Assembly: GCA_036012755.1 (NCBI GenBank)
Contig: DASCPX010000023.1
Coordinates: forward strand, 1 to 56,842
Source of the DNA: Myxococcota bacterium
GTDB taxonomy: Bacteria; Myxococcota_A; UBA796; CAJQPC01
Reading direction: 5' to 3'
Length of the DNA: 56,842 bases
The translations under genes were made by a program, and so were the position numbers. Position 1 is the stretch's first letter; each line of letters starts with the position of its first letter. Shown piece by piece: positions 22,153 through 30,594 of this stretch. Below the pieces are notes generated by a model. That model was not told the origin of the DNA. It was given only the letters and a program-made list of their open reading frames with translations, and did not search any database.

Positions 22153-22924
22153 CCTCCCCCGTAGCCGCCCAGGTTCCCCCCAAGCCCCATCGAGAAGCGC
22201 ACCTCCGTCAGGCTCACGGGCTCCGAGCCGTAGCCCAGATGGCGGCCAGTCAGGCCCCGGGCTTCCGCGTAGAAGTGGAAGAACCGGTTGACGAAGATGC
22301 TCGTGCCCCCGGCCACGGAGACGACCGGGGACAACGAGATCGGGTCCGTCGAGCTCACCCGCGTGAGCGACAGCCCGGGCTCCAAGGCGAGGTAGGGGTC
22401 AAGCCGGCCGCGCCGAAGCCGGCCGCGCCGAAGCCGGCCGCGCCGAAGCCGGCCGCGCCGAAGCCGGCCGCGCCGAAGCCGGCCGCGCCGAAGTGCCGCT
22501 CGTAGCCGCAGAGGACGCTGTGGTTGTCCACCAGGGCGCTCTCACCGGCCTGGTCGCCGAGGAAGGCGTAGACGTCGCCGCGCATCGCTCCGTGGGGACC
22601 GGTCATCAGCGCGCCAGAGACGTGGCCGTATCGATTCAGGCGCCCGGAGGTGTCGAAGCCGGGGGAGAGCATCAGGGGCCAGAAGCGCCGTGGGGGCCGA
22701 CCCGCCGAGACGATCCCCTGCCAGTGCGAGTCGAGGTCCCCTGGCGCCTCGGGCGCCGCCTCCTCGGCCTCGACGAGGCGCAGGATCGTGTCGAGCCCCA
22801 GACCGTCGAGGTCGCAGTCGCTGCACTCGGTGGCCAGGTGCTCACGCAGCTCCGAGAGCTCCTCCCGGGACAGACGTCCCTCGAGCAGGTCATGGAGACG
22901 GGGACCATCGAGGTGCGGTCTCAC
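22149..22924 (-). pseudogene. Chimeric, frameshifted gene: zinc-binding anti-sigma N-terminus joined to an outer-membrane beta-barrel fragment
   Basis: GTG 22924 overlaps the ECF sigma stop; HLATECSDC (HxxxxCxxC). After RRFWP come beta-strand-like segments to GYERHFG. The barrel-like sequence resumes in a different frame after the repeat (LDPYLALEPGLSL...FYAEARG...RFSMGLGG, stop 22149). Confidence 0.6.
22401..22493. repeat. Perfect 15-bp tandem repeat (AAGCCGGCCGCGCCG) x6
   Basis: Six identical copies at 22401-22490 plus a partial AAG. Confidence 0.97.
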
Positions 22925-23481
22925 GACGCCTCCTCCAGGGTCGCGGCGAGGCGACTCAGCATATGGCGCTTCACCCATCTCCGGAAGCGGTGGAGGCGCG
23001 ATGTGACCGCCGTCTGGCTGATGCCGAGGTGCTCGGCGATCTCGAGGGTGGTGTGCGGCGGCTCCCGGTAGAAGAGCCGCGCCGCCTCCCTGGCGCTGGC
23101 ATCGGGAAAGGCCTCTATGACCTGTCGGACCGCCCGGACCAGCGGCGCCGAGTCGCGCAGGCCCCCAGCCCGAGGCTCCTCTGCGTGGAGCTGGAGCACG
23201 CGCTTCTCGGTGGAGCGGCGCTCCACGAAGCGGAGGCAGGGGCGGCGCGTGATGCTCATCAACCAGCCCGGAAAGGCCGCCGGATCCGCGAGGGCGTCGA
23301 GGCTCGCCAAGGCCTTCACGAAGCTCTCGTGGCTCAGGTCCGAGGCCGCCGCGTGATCCCCCCGGCAGAACGCCAGGCAGTAGCCGTGCACCCGCTCGAC
23401 GTGCTCCAGGTACAGGAGACGGAAGGCCTCGCGGTCCCCCGACTGCGCCCGTCGCACCAGGATGGGCAGATCAGGTTGCAT
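22921..23481 (-). CDS. ECF-type RNA polymerase sigma factor
   Basis: LVRRAQSGDREAFRLLY, DLSHESFVKA, FPGWL, EIAEHLGISQTAVTSRLHR. Start ATG 23481. Confidence 0.9.
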   Translation of the reverse strand: MQPDLPILVRRAQSGDREAFRLLYLEHVERVHGYCLAFCRGDHAAASDLSHESFVKALASLDALADPAAFPGWLMSITRRPCLRFVERRSTEKRVLQLHAEEPRAGGLRDSAPLVRAVRQVIEAFPDASAREAARLFYREPPHTTLEIAEHLGISQTAVTSRLHRFRRWVKRHMLSRLAATLEEAS

Positions 23482-23541
23482 GACTCGCAGGTCCTGGGAT
23501 GGTTCTGAGACGCGCAGCACGAATGCTGGAGCGGCGAGGAC

Positions 23542-24684
23542 TCAGGATGTCACCAGATTCCCATCTCGGCGGTGCCTCGAGCCCATCCCCCAACCCAGGA
23601 GAGCGAGGCCAGCGATCTCGATGTAGCCGTGGAAGCCGGCGACCGAGAAGTACAGGAGCCGCGCGCCCGGGAAGCTCAACAGGGCCCAGACGAAGAAGGA
23701 GGCCGCGACCATCCCGAGGACCCACAGGACGGTCCGAGATCCGAAGTCCCGGCGGAGCAGGCGCAAGCTGCGTCGGAACGAGGTCGGGACGGGGTGGTCG
23801 TTGGCCTGGTCCGGAATGGCCTTGAGCCAGACGTAGTAGTGGGTGGACTGCCCGAAGGCGAAGGCGGCGGTGGCGTGGACCCAGGTCATCTCGCCCTCTG
23901 CCCAGGGGAGGATCAGCTGGCCGATCGAGGCGACGCTGAGGCCAGCCCAGCTCAGCGAGTCCCGGATCATCAGGTGCTCGTAGATCGGGTCGAGCAGCCC
24001 ACCGAAGATCGCGGCGTTGACGGCGAGGAAGACGGCCAGGGCGGCGAAGGCGAAGCGCCGGTCACGTCCCCTGGCGAGGGAGATCCAGTAGACGAAGGCC
24101 ACGAGGTTGTGGGCGAGGGCCAACACACCGGCCGTCACCAGCGGCTCCCTCCAGAGCAGCCAGGACAGCGGCGCGAGGATCAGGGCCCCGAGGACAAGGC
24201 GCAGAGGCGACTTTCGATAGAGCCAGGCCCCGCCCAGGAAGACGACGAGCACGAAGCCGACGTCGATCCAGACTGCGCCCTGCCACTCGGAGAGCTGGGA
24301 TGCGAGGCCAGGGACCAGCCCGCTGCTCCGAGCGATGCGGTAGAGCGTGTAGATGCCCGCTGCGCCTACGAGGGCTGCGTAGGTACGCCGCTTGAGCGCC
24401 CCGTCGTCCCGCTGCCCTGGCGAGGCGAGGCCGTAGTGGAAGAAGCGGATGCTGAAGGCGAGGTGGGCGAAGCCGTAGCAGATCGGTCCGAGCAGCAGCT
24501 GCCACAGCGGGGCCAGGCTGCAGAAGGCCAGCGCCACCGCGATGAAGCCCAGGTACAGGACGAAGAGCCGCCAGGCGCGATCGAGGAAGATCCGCCGCAA
24601 CAGCTGCGCCCGCATCATCACGCGGAGCACCCACGCCCGGAGGTGGTCGAGCTCTCCGGCGGACCAGTCGACGAACGCAGTCAC
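23542..24684 (-). CDS. Uncharacterised polytopic membrane protein with four intramembrane His motifs
   Basis: About 9-10 TM segments; GFAHL, AHNL, QSTHY and GFHGY motifs. Confidence 0.7.
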   Translation of the reverse strand: MTAFVDWSAGELDHLRAWVLRVMMRAQLLRRIFLDRAWRLFVLYLGFIAVALAFCSLAPLWQLLLGPICYGFAHLAFSIRFFHYGLASPGQRDDGALKRRTYAALVGAAGIYTLYRIARSSGLVPGLASQLSEWQGAVWIDVGFVLVVFLGGAWLYRKSPLRLVLGALILAPLSWLLWREPLVTAGVLALAHNLVAFVYWISLARGRDRRFAFAALAVFLAVNAAIFGGLLDPIYEHLMIRDSLSWAGLSVASIGQLILPWAEGEMTWVHATAAFAFGQSTHYYVWLKAIPDQANDHPVPTSFRRSLRLLRRDFGSRTVLWVLGMVAASFFVWALLSFPGARLLYFSVAGFHGYIEIAGLALLGWGMGSRHRRDGNLVTS

Positions 24685-24730
24685 CCGCCAAGCCTACCCC
24701 TGTCACACTGGTGGGCTATGCGGCAGTCAG

Positions 24731-25447
24731 ATGAGACTCTCGGGGTTCCGCGAAGACCTGCCGGCGCTGAAGCGCTTCTGGTCCGCCTGCACGAGCCAGG
24801 AGGGCTTGGTGCTGCTCTTCGCGACGGTGATCTTCGTCACGCGTCGGACGGTCCACCAGGCCCGCTGGACCGCGGATCTCCTGGAGGCGATCTCCCCGAT
24901 CCTGGCTGACTCGGAGATCCGGCTGCGCATCGGAGGGGTCGTCTTCTGGGGGCTTGTCCCGCTGCTCCTCGTGCTCCTCGTCCACCGGAAGAGCCTCCTG
25001 GACTTCGGTCTGCGGCTCCCCAAGGCGCGCTGGTTCGTCTTCTCCATCGTCTACCTGGTGGTCGTGCACCCGGTGAACTTCGCCTACGCCCAGTCGCCGG
25101 AGATCCTGGAGCGCTACCCGCTGTACGAGCCAGCCCGAGACGGCGGAACGGACTTCTGGATCTACCAGGCCCTCGTGGCCGCGGCGATGGTGGGGTGGGA
25201 GTTCCTGCTGCGCGGCTACATGCTCTTCGGGCTGGAGAAACGCCTCGGCGCGCTGGCGATCTTCGTGCCGCTGATCCCCTTCGTGATGCTGCACTACGGC
25301 TACCCCACCCCCGAGCTGTACTTCTCGATCCTGGACGGCATCTTCCTGAGCCTGCTGGCCTGGGTCAGCCGCTCGATCTGGCCCTGCGTGGTCATCCACA
25401 TCCTGCAGAACCTGCTCTGGGAGATCGAGGTGGTCTACCTCTTTTGA
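24731..25447 (+). CDS. CPBP/Abi (CAAX type II) intramembrane glutamic endopeptidase
   Basis: WEFLLRG, FVMLH and SRSIWP....HILQN motifs; multiple TM. Start ATG 24731. Confidence 0.85.
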   Translation: MRLSGFREDLPALKRFWSACTSQEGLVLLFATVIFVTRRTVHQARWTADLLEAISPILADSEIRLRIGGVVFWGLVPLLLVLLVHRKSLLDFGLRLPKARWFVFSIVYLVVVHPVNFAYAQSPEILERYPLYEPARDGGTDFWIYQALVAAAMVGWEFLLRGYMLFGLEKRLGALAIFVPLIPFVMLHYGYPTPELYFSILDGIFLSLLAWVSRSIWPCVVIHILQNLLWEIEVVYLF

Positions 25448-25469
25448 ACCCGGGCCGAGGGCCGGGGTT
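25447..25469. terminator. Imperfect hairpin between convergent genes
   Basis: AACCCGGGCC-GAG-GGCCGGGGTT (one mismatch) at the CPBP stop; no U-tract. Confidence 0.35.
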
Positions 25470-25513
25470 GACCACGTCCCAGACAACCGCGCGCCCCCCT
25501 CCGCACGTCCAGG

Positions 25514-25909
25514 CTATTTCGCGAGCGCGGGGTCCGCGTCTTTTCGTACCCAGGCCTGCGCTTCTTTCAGGATTCGCTTGACCGCGTCCTCGTCTTCCGG
25601 AACTTGGAGGTCCAATAGCGAAACCTCTGCGCCGATCGTGACAAGGGACCGCCAGGCCCCCTGAATCTCGTAGGGCAGACTCGCTGCCTCCCCACCCGGG
25701 AGCACGTCACGCCAGCCGCTGCCCAAACGCTCGAGGTCTCGGTGCCATCCCGGCCGCAGGAGGACCGGACGCCGGAGCCGAACCAACTGTTCGTAGGCCC
25801 CCGTTTCACGCAGCACCACACCGCAAGCAGCAAACACGTCTGGCGGCCAAACCGGCAAGTCGCGGTCGCCCAGAACCTACTCGACCCGTTCAAGCACGCT
25901 GATCGGCAT
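25514..25909 (-). pseudogene. Truncated gene remnant with a premature in-frame TAG
   Basis: Strong SD (GAGGAGGAGG) and ATG 25909: MPISVLERVE*VLGDRDLPVWPPDVFAACGVVLRETGAY... TAG at 25877-25879; more A/T-ending codons than its neighbours. Confidence 0.6.
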
Positions 25910-25962
25910 CCCTCCTCCTCCTGTGGTGGCGACCAGGGTCAGAGACTCAAGTAGGCTCCGAA

Positions 25963-28764
25963 CTACTGGGCGGCAGACGGCTCAACCAACGCGGGCGGCT
26001 TCCAGCCAGCCTTGTAGCAGCAGTTCTTGTGCTTCTTGCCGCTCCCGCAGGGGCAGGGGTCGTTGCGACGCAGGCCGGCCTGGGAAGCGAAGAGGCGGGC
26101 CTCCTCGCCAGCCTCCGGGCGCTTCCGGGCCTGCGGAGCCGTCGGAGCCGCGGCCTTCGCGGCGGCATCGGCCTGCTCGCGGGAGAGCCCCGGCGGGATC
26201 GCCGGACCACGGGGCACGGCCTTCTGCTCGAGGGCCCCTGAAGCGACCTGCCGGGCCGTGCGCTTGTCGCCGCGACTCGCGGCCTGCTCAGCCTCCGTGG
26301 TCAGCTGCACCCGCAACAGGCGTGAGACGACCGACTCGTCACGGAGGGCGGTCATCATCATGAACATGCTGAAGCCCTCCTTCTTGTACTCGAGCAGCGG
26401 GTTGCGCTGCCCGTACCCGCGCAGGCCGATCCCGTCCCGCAGCCGGTCCATCGCCAGGAGGTGGTCCTTCCACAGCTGGTCCACGAACTGGAGCAGGAGC
26501 ATGCGCTCGATCTGGTGGCAGCTCTGTCCGAGCTCCTTCTCCTTGGCCTCGTAGGCGGCGGTCCCGACCTCCAGGAGGCGCTCGCGGAGCTCCGTGTGGG
26601 CGAAGTCGCGGATGCCGTCGTCGTCTCCTTCCCACTGGTACGCGAAGGTCGCCAGGCACTTCTCGCGCAGCCCCTTGATGTCCCACTCCTCTGGATGCAC
26701 GCCCTCCTGGACGTGGTCGTCGAGGATGTCCTCTACGACCCCCTCGAAAGCCTCGAGGGTGATCTCGCGGAGCTCGGCGGTGTCTCCGGTGAGGATGCGC
26801 CGACGAAGGTCGTAGACCAGCTTGCGCTGCTGGTTGAGCACGTCGTCGTACTCGAGCAGGTTCTTGCGGATGTTGAAGTGGTGTCCCTCGACCTTCTTCT
26901 GGGCGTTCTCGATGGACTTGGAGATCCAGGGATGCTCGATCGGCTCCTCGTCCCGCATGCCCATCTTGTCCATGAAGGCCATCATCTTGTCTGTGCCGAA
27001 GATGCGGAGCAGGTCGTCCTCGAGCGAGAGGTAGAACTTGCTCGAGCCAGGGTCTCCCTGGCGTCCGGACCGGCCGCGCAGCTGGTTGTCGATGCGACGC
27101 GACTCGTGGCGCTCGGTGCCGATGATGCGAAGGCCCCCAGCCTCCAGCACCTTGTCGCGCTCTGTGGCGCACTCGACCTGGAGCACCTCGAGCCGTTGCT
27201 CGTAGCCCTCTGAGTTGCCCGGATCATCGAGGTCCTTGGCCAGCTCCTCGGGGTTTCCGCCGAGCTTGATGTCGGTGCCGCGGCCCGCCATGTTCGTCGA
27301 GATGGTCACCCCACCGAGCCGGCCGGCCTGGGCGACGACGTGGCCTTCTCGGGCGTGCTGCTTGGCGTTGAGGGTCTGGTGCGCGATGCTCCGGCGCTTC
27401 AGCATGCGCGAGACGAGCTCGGACTTCTCGACGCTGGTGGTGCCGACCAGGACAGGCTGGCCGCGCCCGTTGCACTCGACGATGTCCTTCAGCACCATGT
27501 CGAACTTCTCTTCCTGGGTGCGGTAGACGATGTCGTCCTCGTCGTCTCGGATGATCGGCACGTTCGTCGGCACGACCACGACCTCGAGGTCGTAGATGTT
27601 GGCGAGCTCCGGCGCCTCTGTCTCGGCCGTACCCGTCATGCCCGCGAGCCTGTCGTACATGCGGAAGAGGTTCTGGAAGGTGATCGTGGCGTAGGTCTGC
27701 GACTCGTTCTCGATGCGCAGCTTCTCCTTCGCCTCGACCGCCTGGTGGAGGCCATCGGACCAGCGGCGACCATGCATCAGTCGGCCCGTGTGCTCGTCGA
27801 CGATGACGACCTTGCCCTCTCGCACCACGTAGTCCTTGTCGCGCTTGAAGACGGTGTGGGCCTTCAGCGCCTGGTTCACGTGGTGGAGGATCTCCATGTT
27901 GTGGGGGTCGTAGAGGTTGTCGATGCCGAGCTTCTTCTCGACCTTGTCGACGCCGGCGTCCGTGAGGTGGACGCTGCGCCCCTTCTCGTCGACCAGGTAG
28001 TCGAGCTCGTCCTGCAAGAGCGGCACGACCTGGTCGATGACGTAGTACTTGTCTACCGAGTCGTTGGTCGGACCGGAGATGATCAGGGGGGTCCGGGCTT
28101 CGTCGATGAGGATGCTGTCGACCTCGTCGACGATGCCGAAGTGGTGCCCGCGCTGCGTGTAGTCCTCTGCCCGGAACTTCATGTTGTCGCGGAGGTAGTC
28201 GAAGCCGAACTCGTTGTTCGTGCCGTAGGTGATGTCGCAGGCGTAGGCATCGCGCTTGATGCGGTCGTTGCGCTCTCCGGAGAGGATGCTGCCGGTGCTC
28301 ATGCCGAGGAAGCCGTAGATGCCTCCCATCCACTCGGCGTCGCGCCTTGCCAGGTAGTCGTTGACCGTGATGAGGTGGCCGCTGTTGCCCGTCAGGGCGT
28401 TGAGGTAGAGCGGCAGCGTCGCGCAGAGGGTCTTGCCCTCGCCCGTCTTCATCTCGGCGACCTTGCCCTGGTGGAGCACGATGCCGCCGAGCATCTGGAC
28501 GTCGTAGTGCCGCAACCCGAGCACTCGCACGCTGACCTCGCGCACGCAGGCGAAGACCTCGTGCAGGAGCGACTCGAGCGTCTCGCCGTTTTCGACGCGC
28601 TGCTTGAAGCCAGCGGTCATGGCGGCGAGCTCCTCGTCCGAGCGAGCCTGCATCGCCGACTCGAACTCGTTGATGCGGACGACGTCCGGATGCATCTTCT
28701 TGAGGACGCGGTCATTCGCGCTCCCGAAGACCTTTTTGATGACGGAATCGACGGCGCCGAACAT
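25963..28764 (-). CDS. secA: Preprotein translocase ATPase SecA
   Basis: EMKTGEGKT, NDYLARRD, DEVDSILIDEARTPLIISG, TNMAGRGTDI, C-terminal SEC-C RNDPCPCGSGKKHKNCC. Confidence 0.99.
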   Translation of the reverse strand: MFGAVDSVIKKVFGSANDRVLKKMHPDVVRINEFESAMQARSDEELAAMTAGFKQRVENGETLESLLHEVFACVREVSVRVLGLRHYDVQMLGGIVLHQGKVAEMKTGEGKTLCATLPLYLNALTGNSGHLITVNDYLARRDAEWMGGIYGFLGMSTGSILSGERNDRIKRDAYACDITYGTNNEFGFDYLRDNMKFRAEDYTQRGHHFGIVDEVDSILIDEARTPLIISGPTNDSVDKYYVIDQVVPLLQDELDYLVDEKGRSVHLTDAGVDKVEKKLGIDNLYDPHNMEILHHVNQALKAHTVFKRDKDYVVREGKVVIVDEHTGRLMHGRRWSDGLHQAVEAKEKLRIENESQTYATITFQNLFRMYDRLAGMTGTAETEAPELANIYDLEVVVVPTNVPIIRDDEDDIVYRTQEEKFDMVLKDIVECNGRGQPVLVGTTSVEKSELVSRMLKRRSIAHQTLNAKQHAREGHVVAQAGRLGGVTISTNMAGRGTDIKLGGNPEELAKDLDDPGNSEGYEQRLEVLQVECATERDKVLEAGGLRIIGTERHESRRIDNQLRGRSGRQGDPGSSKFYLSLEDDLLRIFGTDKMMAFMDKMGMRDEEPIEHPWISKSIENAQKKVEGHHFNIRKNLLEYDDVLNQQRKLVYDLRRRILTGDTAELREITLEAFEGVVEDILDDHVQEGVHPEEWDIKGLREKCLATFAYQWEGDDDGIRDFAHTELRERLLEVGTAAYEAKEKELGQSCHQIERMLLLQFVDQLWKDHLLAMDRLRDGIGLRGYGQRNPLLEYKKEGFSMFMMMTALRDESVVSRLLRVQLTTEAEQAASRGDKRTARQVASGALEQKAVPRGPAIPPGLSREQADAAAKAAAPTAPQARKRPEAGEEARLFASQAGLRRNDPCPCGSGKKHKNCCYKAGWKPPALVEPSAAQ

Positions 28765-28849
28765 GACTCTCCAGAGAGACGTACAGAGACAGCTCTAAAT
28801 GGCCACTTTGACGCTCGTCGTCAAGCTCGGACGGCGAATCCCGAGGCCT

Positions 28850-29824
28850 TCACTCGGGAGTGGGCAGGTACTCCAACGGGTCCACTGCCTGCCCGTCGAC
28901 GAGGAGCTCGAAGTGCAGGTGGGGACCGGTCGTCTGGCCGGTGGTCCCGACCGTCGCGATGATCTGTCCCTCGTCGACCCAGTCGCCCTCCTCGACGAAG
29001 ACCGAGGAGTTGTGGGCGTAGCGGCTGACGATGCCGAGGCCGTGGTCGATCTCGACCATGCGGCCGTAGCCCGAGTTGTACATGGCCATGGTCACGAGGC
29101 CGCGAGCCACGGCGGCGACACGTGTTCCGCGCGCGGCCGACAGATCCAGACCCGAGTGGAACTTGCGCCGTCCGGTGATGGGCGAGGCCCGGTAGCCGAA
29201 GCCGCTCGTCAGGACGCTGTCCTGGACCGGCCAGACACCCGGAAAGGCGCGCCGCCACGAGAAGAGGTCCTCCATGTCCTCGGCCATCAGCTCCATCCGC
29301 GGCTCGAGCCGCTCCAGCCGGGAGACGAAGTCCTCTGTCCGCGCAGCGACCCCGTGGGCCCAGGCCTCGGCGGGCCGCAGATCCTCTGGGAGCAGCTCCG
29401 TCTCGGAGGCGGCCTCCCACTCCCAGCCCTCGTGGTCCTCGTCCGGAGCGAGGCCGAGCGCCTCCACCTCGTCTGGCTCCAGCGGTCCGAAGGCGCCGGG
29501 CACCGTCGGCACCTCGCGCAGGAGCTCCCTGAGCTGGGCGTCGTAGAGCCGCACCCGCTGGAGGGTGGCGTCGATGTCGTCGAGCTGACCCTCGACGTCG
29601 TGGAGCTTCTCTCGCAAGGTCACGTTCTCGGCGACGAGGCCGTCATGCTGGATCAGCGCTGGCAAGGCCGCGACCCCCAGCAAGGCACCGGCGATGAGCA
29701 GGCCGAGCGCGACGCCACCGGTGACGAAGAGGCGCCGAACGGTGGAGACGGTGAGCTTGATCTGTCGGACGGGACCGGTGCCCTCGTCCGGGATGAGCAG
29801 GATGGTGAAGCGCTCGGGAATCAC
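28850..29824 (-). CDS. M23 family metallopeptidase with N-terminal TM and coiled coil
   Basis: FHSGLD (HxxxD), RYAHN, TGPHLHFE (HxH). GTG start at 29824 (VIPERFTILLIPD). Confidence 0.92.
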   Translation of the reverse strand: MIPERFTILLIPDEGTGPVRQIKLTVSTVRRLFVTGGVALGLLIAGALLGVAALPALIQHDGLVAENVTLREKLHDVEGQLDDIDATLQRVRLYDAQLRELLREVPTVPGAFGPLEPDEVEALGLAPDEDHEGWEWEAASETELLPEDLRPAEAWAHGVAARTEDFVSRLERLEPRMELMAEDMEDLFSWRRAFPGVWPVQDSVLTSGFGYRASPITGRRKFHSGLDLSAARGTRVAAVARGLVTMAMYNSGYGRMVEIDHGLGIVSRYAHNSSVFVEEGDWVDEGQIIATVGTTGQTTGPHLHFELLVDGQAVDPLEYLPTPE

Positions 29825-29826
29825 GC

Positions 29827-30585
29827 TCAGGTCTCGTCGACGCGGACCGCCACGACCGTGATGTTGTCGTCGCCGCCGCGGTCGCAGGCGAGATGGACGA
29901 GCTGCCGTGCGGTCTGCTGCGGGCTGTTCCGCTGGAGGAGTTCCCCGATCTCGGCGGTGCTGACGTGGTTCGACAGGCCGTCGCTGCAGAGGAGGAACTT
30001 GTCGCCCCGACGGACGGCGCGGACCTGGATGTCGACCTCGACCTCCTCCATGTACCCGAGGCTGCGGGTGATGATGTTCCGCAGCTTGTGGGTCTTGGCC
30101 TCCTCCGGCGTGAGCACGCCCTCCTTGACCTTCTGGTAGACCAGGCTGTGGTCCTCGGTCAGCTGCTCGATGCGGCCCTCGCGGAGCAGGTAGCCCCGGG
30201 AGTCGCCGACGTGGGCGATGTAGAAGTTCCCGAGCTCGAGCAACAGCGCCAGCGCGGTGGTGCCCATGCCCTTGTACTCCGGCTCGGCGGACGCCTTCTC
30301 GAAGATGCGCTTCCCGGCGAGCCGGATGGCGTAGCGCAGCTTCTCGCGGGTGCGCTCGACAGGGCCATCGGCCTCTGGAGAGACCGCGTCGGGGTCGGTT
30401 TCGATGGAGGCGAGCACCTCTTCGACGGTGTTCACCGCGATGGCGGAGGCGTACTCGCCGCCGACGTGTCCGCCCATGCCGTCGCAGCAGACGAAGAGGT
30501 TCAGCTCGTCGTTGACGAGGTAGTTGTCCTCGTTGTTCGTCCGCTTCATGCCGACGTCGGTGATGCCGCAAGAGGTGATGCGCAT
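29827..30585 (-). CDS. PP2C-type Ser/Thr protein phosphatase (Stp1/IreP family)
   Basis: DVGMKRTNNED, DGMGGH, MGTT, HVGDSR, LLCSDGL, GGDDNIT. Confidence 0.95.
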   Translation of the reverse strand: MRITSCGITDVGMKRTNNEDNYLVNDELNLFVCCDGMGGHVGGEYASAIAVNTVEEVLASIETDPDAVSPEADGPVERTREKLRYAIRLAGKRIFEKASAEPEYKGMGTTALALLLELGNFYIAHVGDSRGYLLREGRIEQLTEDHSLVYQKVKEGVLTPEEAKTHKLRNIITRSLGYMEEVEVDIQVRAVRRGDKFLLCSDGLSNHVSTAEIGELLQRNSPQQTARQLVHLACDRGGDDNITVVAVRVDET

Positions 30586-30594
30586 GTGCTCAGG

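Noticed and set aside
22401..22493. 15-bp repeat as a CRISPR array or a phase-variation switch
   Set aside because: No spacers or cas genes, and the unit is a multiple of 3, so copy-number change cannot switch frame.
22146..22505. Plus-strand ORF with (KPAAP)n, resembling a histone-like protein
   Set aside because: It is the antisense reading of the repeat; the flanking sequence is protein-like only on the minus strand.
25877..25879. In-frame TAG as stop-codon recoding (pyrrolysine or alternative code)
   Set aside because: TAG terminates core genes in this window (secA, rpoN, tsf) and no pyl genes are seen.
29825..30571. N-terminal extension of the M23 ORF (573 aa)
   Set aside because: Overlaps the PP2C gene out of frame with Arg-rich nonsense; the true start is GTG 29824.
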